This document shows positions 47,426 to 55,288 of a DNA stretch of 64,000 bases, one piece after another. The position numbers and the translations under genes were made by a program. The notes under the pieces are model-generated. The model saw only the letters and a list, made by a program, of their open reading frames with translations. It had not been told where the DNA came from and did no database searches. Source of the stretch: an uncultured bacterium (GTDB lineage: Bacteria > Oederibacteriota > Muellerivitia > Muellerivitales > Muellerivitaceae). The first letter of the stretch is position 1. Each line of letters opens with the position of its first letter. The stretch is from contig CAZUXW010000003.1 in NCBI GenBank assembly GCA_964624625.1, forward strand, positions 1,728 through 65,727, given 5' to 3'.

Positions 47426-47468
47426 CTTGACGAAGAATACACTCGTATACTAGTATACAACCGTATTC
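47426..47468. promoter_or_regulatory. candidate LexA operator overlapping a sigma70-like promoter: GAATAC-N4-GTATACTAGTATAC-N4-GTATTC
   Basis: Perfect 14-bp palindrome GTATACTAGTATAC (47445-47458) flanked by GAATAC (47435-47440) and GTATTC (47463-47468). TTGACG (47426-47431) and TATACT (47447-47452) look like -35/-10 elements directed toward lexA. The lexA ATG is at 47501. Confidence 0.5.
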
Positions 47469-47500
47469 TTATTCAACTACGAAATTCACGAGGGGGATTT

Positions 47501-48118
47501 ATGGCGCCATCCGACGAAAACTTAACCGACATCCAACGATTGGTGCTCCAGTATGTCCAGAACCGCCTCACCCAGGACCACCGCCCGCCGACCGTGCGGG
47601 AAGTAATGCGCCACTTCAAATGGAATTCCCCCCAAAGCGCCCGTAAACATCTTTTGGCTTTGGAGGAAAAAGGCTATCTGGAAAGGGAAGACCGAACGGC
47701 GAGGGGTTTGAAGGTTTCCGGCGATTCCTCCGGCGGTCTTTCCATCCCCATTTTAGGGAAAGTCGCGGCTGGTTTGCCGCTGTTGGCTGAGGAAAACCGC
47801 GAGGGAACCATGGTGGTGGATCAGGCCATGTCCCGGGGAGGCCGGAACCTATTCGCCTTGACGGTCCGCGGCGATTCGATGGTCAACGCCCATATTCTTT
47901 CGGGGGATAAAGTGATCGTCCAACAAACGACCCACGCCAATCCCGGGGAAATCGTGGTGGCGTTGATTGAGGGAGAGGCCACGGTCAAGACTTTCCGCAA
48001 AACCGCCTCCAAGGTGATCTTGGAACCGGCCAATCCCAAGTACAAGGATATCGTGGTCAACGAGGGCCAGGATTTCCGGATTATCGGCAAGGTCGTCGGG
48101 GTCTTCAGTCCCCGGTAA
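47501..48118 (+). CDS. lexA: LexA repressor
   Basis: N-terminal winged-HTH (LTDIQRLVLQYVQNRL...PTVREV), C-terminal S24 peptidase with GDSM (Ser) and VKTFRK (Lys) dyad. AGGGGG RBS. Confidence 0.88.
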   Translation: MAPSDENLTDIQRLVLQYVQNRLTQDHRPPTVREVMRHFKWNSPQSARKHLLALEEKGYLEREDRTARGLKVSGDSSGGLSIPILGKVAAGLPLLAEENREGTMVVDQAMSRGGRNLFALTVRGDSMVNAHILSGDKVIVQQTTHANPGEIVVALIEGEATVKTFRKTASKVILEPANPKYKDIVVNEGQDFRIIGKVVGVFSPR

Positions 48119-48173
48119 AAACAGCCGCTGGCTGTCAAAGCCCCGCTCGCGGCAAAATCCCTCAAAATCCTAA

Positions 48174-48686
48174 ATGAACCTTCAAGGAACAGTTATGTCC
48201 GATCTCCCCGCGATTCAGGTCTCGGTTGTTCAGGAAATACAATCCGGCTATTCCGCTCCCTTTCGAGAGATGGTTTACGAGGTTTCCTTACGAACCGCCG
48301 CCTACAGCGATTGGTTAAAAAAAATAAACGGCGCCCACCGCCTCCTTCAAGCCTTGCTGCAAGGCCAAATGATGGGGCAATATCAACTTTTGGATTTTAT
48401 CATTCAGCCGGACGGACTATTTACCAGGGTCACGTTGAAAAACGGTTCCTCCTTGTCCGACTTCTTAAATTGGGTCAAAGAAAAATCCATCCCCGCCGGC
48501 GAACCTTCCCGGACCTTTTGGAACGATGAGCTTCAATGGATCAAGCTGGTGCCGCCGGACCGGCTCGCCGAATCCACCAGGTTGTTTCTTCAAAAAGCGG
48601 AAAGCCTGCACCGGGAAGTCCACCTGACCGAAAGTGGCCCGCCGGAGCTCTTCTTTTTCTACCGGGACCAGCGTTTCACCTCCTAA
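48174..48686 (+). CDS. hypothetical protein (170 aa), between lexA and the radical-SAM gene
   Basis: Same strand, 55 bp after lexA. No recognised motifs. An alternative ATG at 48195 has AAGGA upstream. Confidence 0.45.
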   Translation: MNLQGTVMSDLPAIQVSVVQEIQSGYSAPFREMVYEVSLRTAAYSDWLKKINGAHRLLQALLQGQMMGQYQLLDFIIQPDGLFTRVTLKNGSSLSDFLNWVKEKSIPAGEPSRTFWNDELQWIKLVPPDRLAESTRLFLQKAESLHREVHLTESGPPELFFFYRDQRFTS

Positions 48687-48709
48687 AAATTGTTCCGGCG
48701 GTTTTTTAA

Positions 48710-49684
48710 ATGCCCGATCCTTTTCTTTCCACTTCCTTATCGCCCTCTTACGTCCAAGGGGACGACAACCCCCGGGAGGTGGAATATATCGAGATCCAGG
48801 TCAAATCCGCCCTCCATCACACCCGTCTTCCCTACAGCCCCAAACCCTTTTATTACAGCTTGAACCTCTACCGCGGATGCCGCCACGGCTGCCCCTATTG
48901 TTTCGCCCGCTATACCCATTGGTTCCTGGGTTTCCAGAACGCCTTCGACTTTCAGCGCAAGATACAAGTAAAAGTCAATCTATTGGAGGTTTTGGAAAGG
49001 GAATTGGCCCAACCCCGGAGGAAAAAAGACTGGGTGAGCCTGGGAGCCGTCACCGATCCCTACCAGCCGGCCGAAAAAAAATACGGATTGGCCAGGGGCG
49101 CCTTCAAATTGCTGGCCCAATACGCCTGGCCCGCGGTTTTTTCCACCAAATCGGATTTAGTCGTCAGGGATTTGGATGTGTTAAAGGAATTGGTCGGCCG
49201 CGCCAATGGCGGAGTGGCCATGACGATGACAACCCTGGATCCCCAGCTTCAAAAGTGGCTGGAGCCCCACGCGGTGTCGATCGACCGGCGGCTGGAAGCC
49301 CTCCGGCTCTTGAAAAAAGCCGGCATCCCATGCGGCATCCATTTGATGCCGATCCTGCCCTTCCTGACCGACAGCGATGAAGCCATGGAAGGCATGGTCA
49401 AAATGGGGGCCGAAATCGGCGTGGATTATTTCGTGTACAACGTCCTTCGATTGCGCGGCCAAGTCGTCAAAGGAGCCTATTATGAGGTTTTAAAAAAGGC
49501 CGACCCATCCCTCTTCCACCAAACGCTCAAGCTTTACAGCGGCAGGTCCGCCTACCCTCCGGACCCTTACCTGGCGCGGATTAAAGAAAAAATGAGTTTT
49601 TTCAGGGAAAAATGGGGGATGAAAAACCGCTGGCGCGCCGACTTCACCGAATCCCAATTGAATTTGTTCAATGAGCCAAATTAG
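48710..49684 (+). CDS. radical SAM protein, spore-photoproduct-lyase-like (SplB / DNA-photolyase family)
   Basis: CRHGCPYC (CxxxCxxC radical-SAM motif) near the N-terminus. Size and overall pattern are like SplB-type radical-SAM DNA repair enzymes. Confidence 0.6.
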   Translation: MPDPFLSTSLSPSYVQGDDNPREVEYIEIQVKSALHHTRLPYSPKPFYYSLNLYRGCRHGCPYCFARYTHWFLGFQNAFDFQRKIQVKVNLLEVLERELAQPRRKKDWVSLGAVTDPYQPAEKKYGLARGAFKLLAQYAWPAVFSTKSDLVVRDLDVLKELVGRANGGVAMTMTTLDPQLQKWLEPHAVSIDRRLEALRLLKKAGIPCGIHLMPILPFLTDSDEAMEGMVKMGAEIGVDYFVYNVLRLRGQVVKGAYYEVLKKADPSLFHQTLKLYSGRSAYPPDPYLARIKEKMSFFREKWGMKNRWRADFTESQLNLFNEPN

Positions 49685-49714
49685 GAATTATTCTTTAAAT
49701 ACAAATTCCTAATT
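49680..49714. repeat. hairpin of the TTAGGAATT/AATTCCTAA family between convergent genes
   Basis: AATTAGGAATT (49680-49690) ... AAATTCCTAATT (49703-49714). The TAG stop of the radical-SAM gene lies inside the left arm. The NYN gene stop is at 49720. Confidence 0.6.
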
Positions 49715-49719
49715 GTCTT

Positions 49720-50307
49720 TCAGACCCCGAAAGCCATTTCCTCATCCGCGTGAGCCTTGTCCTCCGCGGTCTGGGAAGGCGGGAACACATGCGTCGCGTG
49801 CGAGTTAACCACCTCATCCAAGTTAAGGATTTTATCCGCGGCGCGGATCATTTCACGGCTTTGGGCGTCGGGAAAAACCGCCAGTTCCACGTGCTTTCCC
49901 AATTCCTTGACCAGCCCCATCGCGGGGGAGAAATCCTGGTCCTCGGTGACCACGATGGCCGTGTCGTAAAAATCCCGGGCCGCGTAATAAACCATGTCGG
50001 CCGCCATCCTCACATCCACGCCTTTTTCCATCCGGTGCCCTTCGCGGTTTTGGATGATCCGGCCCAGGCGGAGTTCCAGGAACGGGGTCCTGTCCAAAGA
50101 ATCAAAAAAGGACTGCTGGCTCTTGGCCTTGTCGGAAAAATGAGTCGCGTCGAACACCGCGTTGTAATAGAAGGTTCGGACCAGTTTCCGCCTGTCCCCG
50201 CACAAGGCCAGCGAGAATTGGTAATAATCAACCCGGGTCATCTTGTTGTTCCGCTTCAGGGCGAAATAAAGATTGCTGCCGTCGATAAAGACGCAGATTC
50301 GGGACAT
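49720..50307 (-). CDS. NYN-domain (LabA-like, PIN-related) protein
   Basis: MSRICVFIDGSNLYFALK N-terminus and internal acidic residues, typical of NYN/LabA domains. Confidence 0.65.
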   Translation of the reverse strand: MSRICVFIDGSNLYFALKRNNKMTRVDYYQFSLALCGDRRKLVRTFYYNAVFDATHFSDKAKSQQSFFDSLDRTPFLELRLGRIIQNREGHRMEKGVDVRMAADMVYYAARDFYDTAIVVTEDQDFSPAMGLVKELGKHVELAVFPDAQSREMIRAADKILNLDEVVNSHATHVFPPSQTAEDKAHADEEMAFGV

Positions 50308-50334
50308 GGCGCACCTCTTTCATAACAATAGCTG

Positions 50335-50350
50335 ATACAGTTAACTGTAT
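50335..50350. promoter_or_regulatory. perfect 16-bp palindrome ATACAGTTAACTGTAT, 28 bp upstream of the NYN gene start
   Basis: Exact dyad symmetry in a 160-bp intergenic region. Confidence 0.4.
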
Positions 50351-50466
50351 TAAAACTAAACTACTACCGTGATTTCAAAACCGCAAGAGGGACGCCTCCG
50401 GTTTTTTTGGAAGAGATAAAATTGTTTGACAGATTAGGCAGGAGTGAAGCCTCATAAGGATTTTGG

Positions 50467-51027
50467 TCAAACTTTACCGGGATTTTGATTTTGGAATAGG
50501 CCCAGAAAATGAAAGGCGGCCACCACGAGGGCATGGCGGATGCCCCCTTTTCGGATGAGTTCCGGGATTGCGTCCAAATCCCATAGGCTCACTTCCAGCT
50601 CCTCCGCCTCATCCAGCTTTAAATCCGCCACTTTTTTCGCCCCCAGCGCTAGAAAATAATGACAGGTATTGTTGAGGATCGCCGGATTAGGCTGGACCTG
50701 GCCCAAGGAGTGCCATTCGGCGGCCTCGTAGCCCGTTTCCTCCAGCAATTCCCTCTTGGCGGCCTCCAGGGTCGAATGATCCTTGAGGTCCACCGCGCCG
50801 CCCGGTGTTTCCAGGGCGACTTCCCCCGATCCATGCCGGTATTGGGAAACCATCAGCACCTTTTTATCCGGGGTGAGCGCGACAATATTGATCCAATCAC
50901 GAGTGTTGAGGATATAAAAGGGGTGCTGTTTCCCGGTTTGAGGCGAGGAGCTTTGGTGGACCTGGACTTGAAAAAAGCCGCAGTCATAATCAATTTTTTG
51001 GCCGTGTTTCTTCCAGGGTAAAATCAC
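50467..51027 (-). CDS. NUDIX hydrolase (ADP-ribose pyrophosphatase-like)
   Basis: Nudix box GGAVDLKDHSTLEAAKRELLEETG. Its start overlaps the AKR stop (ATGA). Confidence 0.8.
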   Translation of the reverse strand: MILPWKKHGQKIDYDCGFFQVQVHQSSSPQTGKQHPFYILNTRDWINIVALTPDKKVLMVSQYRHGSGEVALETPGGAVDLKDHSTLEAAKRELLEETGYEAAEWHSLGQVQPNPAILNNTCHYFLALGAKKVADLKLDEAEELEVSLWDLDAIPELIRKGGIRHALVVAAFHFLGLFQNQNPGKV

Positions 51028-52160
51028 TTTTTTCCCCTTTTTTTCGCTTGAGGCCGCTTTTTTTTCGCCGCCTTATCCCCGCCTTTTGCCTTGGGTCTCC
51101 CCTTTTTTCCGGTCTTTGATTTTTTCGCGGGTATTTCCACCACGCCCGACATGAAAACGGCGGGGATTCCCTCGGTCGTCAAAACTTTCCGCTTGGGCAG
51201 TCCGAAATGAGCCAGGTAAAGTTTCTCCGATTTCCGGACCGCCTGGGATGAAAGCTTTTCCCCATCACCCGCGGAGCAATTGAAAACCGCTTGTTTTATA
51301 TTTCGGATGCCGGGAATGGACGTGGAGACCTCGGAAAAGGCGAGGGTCCATTTGAGCGCGGCTTCGCTGAGCGGCTGGTTTTTCGAGGTCAAAAATTTCA
51401 GTTTTTCGACTTTTTTCAAAGTGAGCCTCAGGCCTTCGCCCTTATATAAATTCCGCCGGTGGTCATCCCCGATAAACCTTGTTTGAAGGTTGAATTTTCC
51501 GCTCAAAGCGCCAAAGGCCAGCGGCACCCTCGCGATAACCCCAACCCCGTATTGGCGGGCTAAGGGAAAAACTTTCCAAAGGGGATCCTGGTAAAACAAG
51601 TTGAAAAATATTTGCAAAGCGTCCACCTGCCTCCAACGGATCAAGTCGTTGGCTTCCTCCGGCCCCTTGTCCCTTAAGGAAATGCCGAAAGCCCTGATTT
51701 TGCCTTCCCTTTTCAACCTGGCGACGGTGGACAGCAGCGGCTCCGATTCCTGGTTCCATTCCCGCGACCAAGTGTGGAGCTGTAAAACGTCCAGGCAGTC
51801 CACTCCCAGGTTCCTGAGGGACTCCTCGGTTTTGGATTGGACCCAATCCCCCGGGAACACTTGGGCCAGGGCCGTCCCGGGTGGATTGTCCCAGTTCCAG
51901 TTCTTGGGAGGAACCTTGGTGGCGATAATGGGCCTCTCCCCCCTTTCTTTTATTACCCCTCCGATGAGTTTTTCGCTATGGCCGTCGCCATAAACCCATG
52001 CCGTATCGATGAAATTACAGCCCATATCCAAGGATTGGTGCAGGGCCATCCTGGAATCGTTGTCGTCCTGGGGGCCCCACCAGGCTCCCCCGATCGCCCA
52101 GGCGCCGAAACCTATCTCACTGACCTTCAATCCCGTATTTCCCAGCCACCGGTAACGCAT
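51024..52160 (-). CDS. aldo/keto reductase with a Lys-rich C-terminal tail
   Basis: N-terminus MRYRWLGNTGLKVSEIGFGAW..., AKR fold. C-terminal 35 aa is PAKKSKTGKKGRPKAKGGDKAAKKKRPQAKKRGKK. Confidence 0.8.
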   Translation of the reverse strand: MRYRWLGNTGLKVSEIGFGAWAIGGAWWGPQDDNDSRMALHQSLDMGCNFIDTAWVYGDGHSEKLIGGVIKERGERPIIATKVPPKNWNWDNPPGTALAQVFPGDWVQSKTEESLRNLGVDCLDVLQLHTWSREWNQESEPLLSTVARLKREGKIRAFGISLRDKGPEEANDLIRWRQVDALQIFFNLFYQDPLWKVFPLARQYGVGVIARVPLAFGALSGKFNLQTRFIGDDHRRNLYKGEGLRLTLKKVEKLKFLTSKNQPLSEAALKWTLAFSEVSTSIPGIRNIKQAVFNCSAGDGEKLSSQAVRKSEKLYLAHFGLPKRKVLTTEGIPAVFMSGVVEIPAKKSKTGKKGRPKAKGGDKAAKKKRPQAKKRGKK

Positions 52161-52244
52161 TGACCCTCTCCTCCCGCTTGGACTCTTTTGGTGAGGTTAG
52201 CCCCATCCCAACCAATCCGAAAATTCTCCCGGCCCTTCCCTCTT

Positions 52245-53348
52245 TCAGGATTTTTTCCTCACCGAAGGGGATCTTTTCAAATTCAAATAGACTTCCCGGT
52301 AAATCGCCAAAAAGGCCATCCCCATGGAAAGAATGATCGGGCCCAGGAATATTCCCAGGAAGCCGTAAACCTTGAGTCCCCCGATGGTGGTAAAAAAAAG
52401 CCAAAAGAGGGGAAGCTTGGCCTCACTGCCGATCAACAGGGGCCTTAAGACATGGTCAATGACCGTCAAGGTGGAACCCCAAAGGGTGATGCCCACCGCC
52501 GCCGTGGTATGGTCCTGGTAAAAAAGCCAAGCCGCCACCGGCACCCAAACCCACGTCACGCCCATAAAGGGAATAAAAGAAAGAACGAAAACAGCCAATC
52601 CCAACAGGACGGGAACCGGCACCCCCGCCGCCAAAAAACCCAGGGTGGAAAGGACTCCCTCCACCAGGGCCGTTAAGAAAATAGCCCGGACGACGGCGGT
52701 GACCGTCACGGAAAAAGTGCGGGCCACGTCCCCCTGATGCTCCTTTTCCAGCGGCAAGAACTCGATGGCCTTCAAGGACAGGCGGGCTCCGTCCCGGAAG
52801 AAAAAAAACACCGCGACCGACACGAACGCGGCCTCCATGATAAAGGCGGCTAGGTTCTTGAAAATATTGGTTATTTTTTCCAACAGCACCTGGGAAAAAT
52901 TCTGCATGGCGTTGGCGATCTGCTTCTGGATCTCCGCCTCATATTGGCTGGAATCGATGCCCCAATTCTGAAGCCAAGATCCTAAATCAATGGATTTCAA
53001 TTTCATCATGAGCCAAAGGCTTTTCTCGTCCCATTGGGCCGAGGAAAGAAATGCATAGGCCTTGGGCAGCTCCTTCCCGAGGTTGATCACCATGAAAAAA
53101 CCCGGCAAGGCCAGAAAGAGCAGGACTAAAAGGGTGCAAGCCAGGGAGGATAAGGTCGTCTTGCCGTTGGTCCACTTCAAGAGCTTGGCATAGACAGGGT
53201 AAAAAACCATGACCATGATCGTGGCCCAAACAAAAGACCGCAGGAAGGGTTCCAAGAGGGAAAAGAGCAGGCTTAAGAGGCCCAGCAATAGGCCAAAAAA
53301 AGCGATCACGAAAATATTCTGCCGGCTGATGGTAAATTCGTTTTTCAC
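52245..53348 (-). CDS. AI-2E family transporter (UPF0118/PerM-like)
   Basis: 367 aa, ~8 TM segments, conserved ..VVRAIFLTALVEGVLS.. and GLKVYGFLGIFLGPI regions. Confidence 0.7.
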   Translation of the reverse strand: MKNEFTISRQNIFVIAFFGLLLGLLSLLFSLLEPFLRSFVWATIMVMVFYPVYAKLLKWTNGKTTLSSLACTLLVLLFLALPGFFMVINLGKELPKAYAFLSSAQWDEKSLWLMMKLKSIDLGSWLQNWGIDSSQYEAEIQKQIANAMQNFSQVLLEKITNIFKNLAAFIMEAAFVSVAVFFFFRDGARLSLKAIEFLPLEKEHQGDVARTFSVTVTAVVRAIFLTALVEGVLSTLGFLAAGVPVPVLLGLAVFVLSFIPFMGVTWVWVPVAAWLFYQDHTTAAVGITLWGSTLTVIDHVLRPLLIGSEAKLPLFWLFFTTIGGLKVYGFLGIFLGPIILSMGMAFLAIYREVYLNLKRSPSVRKKS

Positions 53349-53442
53349 GGTTTCTCCTGGAGGTTGGGGTTATTCTACAGGAAGGCCTTTGGAAAAAGCA
53401 CCAGGGCCGGGAAAAGGACCCCGAAACGCCTTTATCCCTTGA

Positions 53443-54114
53443 ATGGAACCGTTCCCCAAGTATATTGTTTGGGAAATTAACGAGAACCCACAAGAGGTCC
53501 CGATGACCCCCAAACCCTGGAACCCCGGCTTTTCCCTCCCGGACAAGACTGTTTTCACACAGGCTTGGAATATTTTTATTTTCTCGGCCATCTTCGCCAT
53601 ACTTTTCAACACCTTTTACGTCGACGGGATTGAACTGAAGGTCAAACCGGCCAAAATTCCGCCCCATGTCACGGCTGGTTCAACCCCGCCGCCCTCCTAT
53701 CCCGGTTGGAAACCATCCCAAGCCAAAACCCCCCCCGCCAAAACCACTCCGGAAAAATCACCCTGGGGAAACATCACCCGGCTGAGTTTGATCGGTACGA
53801 AGGCCCGGTTTGACAAAAAAACCTGTCTGTTTCTTGACGCGCGGGAAGCCGATAAGTATAAGGAGGGACATATCCCCGGTTCCCTGAATTTTTCCGCGTT
53901 GGAGATGGATAAATTCGCGCCCTTGGTCATGCCCAAATTAACCGATAAAAATCAGGAAATGATCGTCTATTGCAACGGCGGGGATTGTACCTTGTCGCTG
54001 GAGCTGGCTCAAACCCTCATCGAACAAGGGTTTACCCAGGTCAAGGTTTTTGAGGGCGGCTGGCCCGAATGGAAAAAAGCCGCCTATCCTTTTCAAACCG
54101 GTGAAAACCCATGA
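53443..54114 (+). CDS. membrane-anchored rhodanese-domain protein
   Basis: One TM (IFIFSAIFAILFNTFYV), then a rhodanese domain (LFLDAREADKYKEGHIPGSLN...IVYCNGGDC...GGWPEW) with a candidate active-site Cys. Confidence 0.7.
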   Translation: MEPFPKYIVWEINENPQEVPMTPKPWNPGFSLPDKTVFTQAWNIFIFSAIFAILFNTFYVDGIELKVKPAKIPPHVTAGSTPPPSYPGWKPSQAKTPPAKTTPEKSPWGNITRLSLIGTKARFDKKTCLFLDAREADKYKEGHIPGSLNFSALEMDKFAPLVMPKLTDKNQEMIVYCNGGDCTLSLELAQTLIEQGFTQVKVFEGGWPEWKKAAYPFQTGENP

Positions 54115-54575
54115 TCGTCCCGAAAGCTTCCACCGACCGGCAGGCGGTCTTAGCCACCCTATTACGCCTGGCCTGCGGCCTCGTTTTTCTCTACGCCAGC
54201 CAGGACAAATTAGGCGAGGCGGAAAAATTCACGGGGATCCTCAAGGAATACCACATTCTTCCCCCCGTCCTCATTCCCTTGTCGGCGGTGGTCCTTCCCT
54301 GGCTGGAATTTTTTATCGGCGCTTGTCTAGTGGCGGGATTTAAGTGGCGCGGCGCGGCCCTTCTTTTTTGCGGCCTCATGGGCCTTTACTCACTGGCCCT
54401 CAGTTGGAATTTGCTGCAGGGGGTGGAAATGAATTGTGGATGCTTCTCCATGGACTCCACCGAAAAAACCACCTGGCTTTCCGTGCTGCGCGACGCAGGA
54501 TTCTTCTCCATGGGATTTTTTGTTTTGGTCACCCCGCGCACTTATTTTCCGTTGGACCGTTCCCCCCGCCCTTAA
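54111..54575 (+). CDS. MauE/DoxX-like membrane protein
   Basis: 154 aa, 4 TM, GCGCF motif. Overlaps the rhodanese gene stop by 4 nt. Confidence 0.5.
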   Translation: MIVPKASTDRQAVLATLLRLACGLVFLYASQDKLGEAEKFTGILKEYHILPPVLIPLSAVVLPWLEFFIGACLVAGFKWRGAALLFCGLMGLYSLALSWNLLQGVEMNCGCFSMDSTEKTTWLSVLRDAGFFSMGFFVLVTPRTYFPLDRSPRP

Positions 54576-54688
54576 AACAACTCTTAAAAACATGCAACCG
54601 GTTTTGGTTGAGCGTGAATCCCGTCATTACAGGTTATTGACCCCAGGGGTTCATTCCTTATTCCTCGACTTGTGATAGTATTTTAATT

Positions 54689-55279
54689 GTGCCGGCGGAT
54701 CAACCGGCGGTCGCTACCATTTCAACGCGCATGAAGGTTTTTATGGCACTGGACCGTTTGTCACCTGAGCAATTGAACGCACTTGGAAGCATGAGCAGGG
54801 AAATCCATGACGAGTATAGAAACTTGGGCTTCGCCGGATTCTCCCCGGACCCCATCCGTTACCTGGCCTTCCGCACCCAAACCAAAAATTTCCTCCAAAC
54901 GAAGCTGGTGGTTTCCGACGCCGGGGTATTTTTCTTGGATCCCGCCAGGAAAATAAAATATAAATTCCATCAGGGTTATTTTTTCGTTTATCACGAGGGA
55001 TTTCATCAAGTGGATGAGCAAAAAATCAAGGAAGCCGAGGGCCCCGTCATCCTCCTGGATAACCTGTTGGAGTTCTGGAAACGCCAGGGAACAGGGCTTT
55101 GCCTCGTAGCGGACCACCTCAATCACTGCGATTATCTTTTTCCCGAGCAAAAAGCCGAGTTGGAGCGGGTCCAGCGTTTATACAACAAGGATGAATTCGT
55201 CATCAATCCCATGCTCCAAAAAAAATCCAAGGAAAACCCCGCCGGACAAGCGGTAGGAGTTTTCGACCTGGAAGATTAA
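54689..55279 (+). CDS. hypothetical protein (196 aa)
   Basis: ORF with no recognised motifs. Confidence 0.4.
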   Translation: MPADQPAVATISTRMKVFMALDRLSPEQLNALGSMSREIHDEYRNLGFAGFSPDPIRYLAFRTQTKNFLQTKLVVSDAGVFFLDPARKIKYKFHQGYFFVYHEGFHQVDEQKIKEAEGPVILLDNLLEFWKRQGTGLCLVADHLNHCDYLFPEQKAELERVQRLYNKDEFVINPMLQKKSKENPAGQAVGVFDLED

Positions 55280-55288
55280 ACCGGCTTT

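Noticed and set aside
47435-47468. Calling the GTATACTAGTATAC dyad a confirmed LexA box.
   Set aside because: It does not match characterised LexA-box classes and I cannot scan the rest of the genome. Kept as a candidate operator only.
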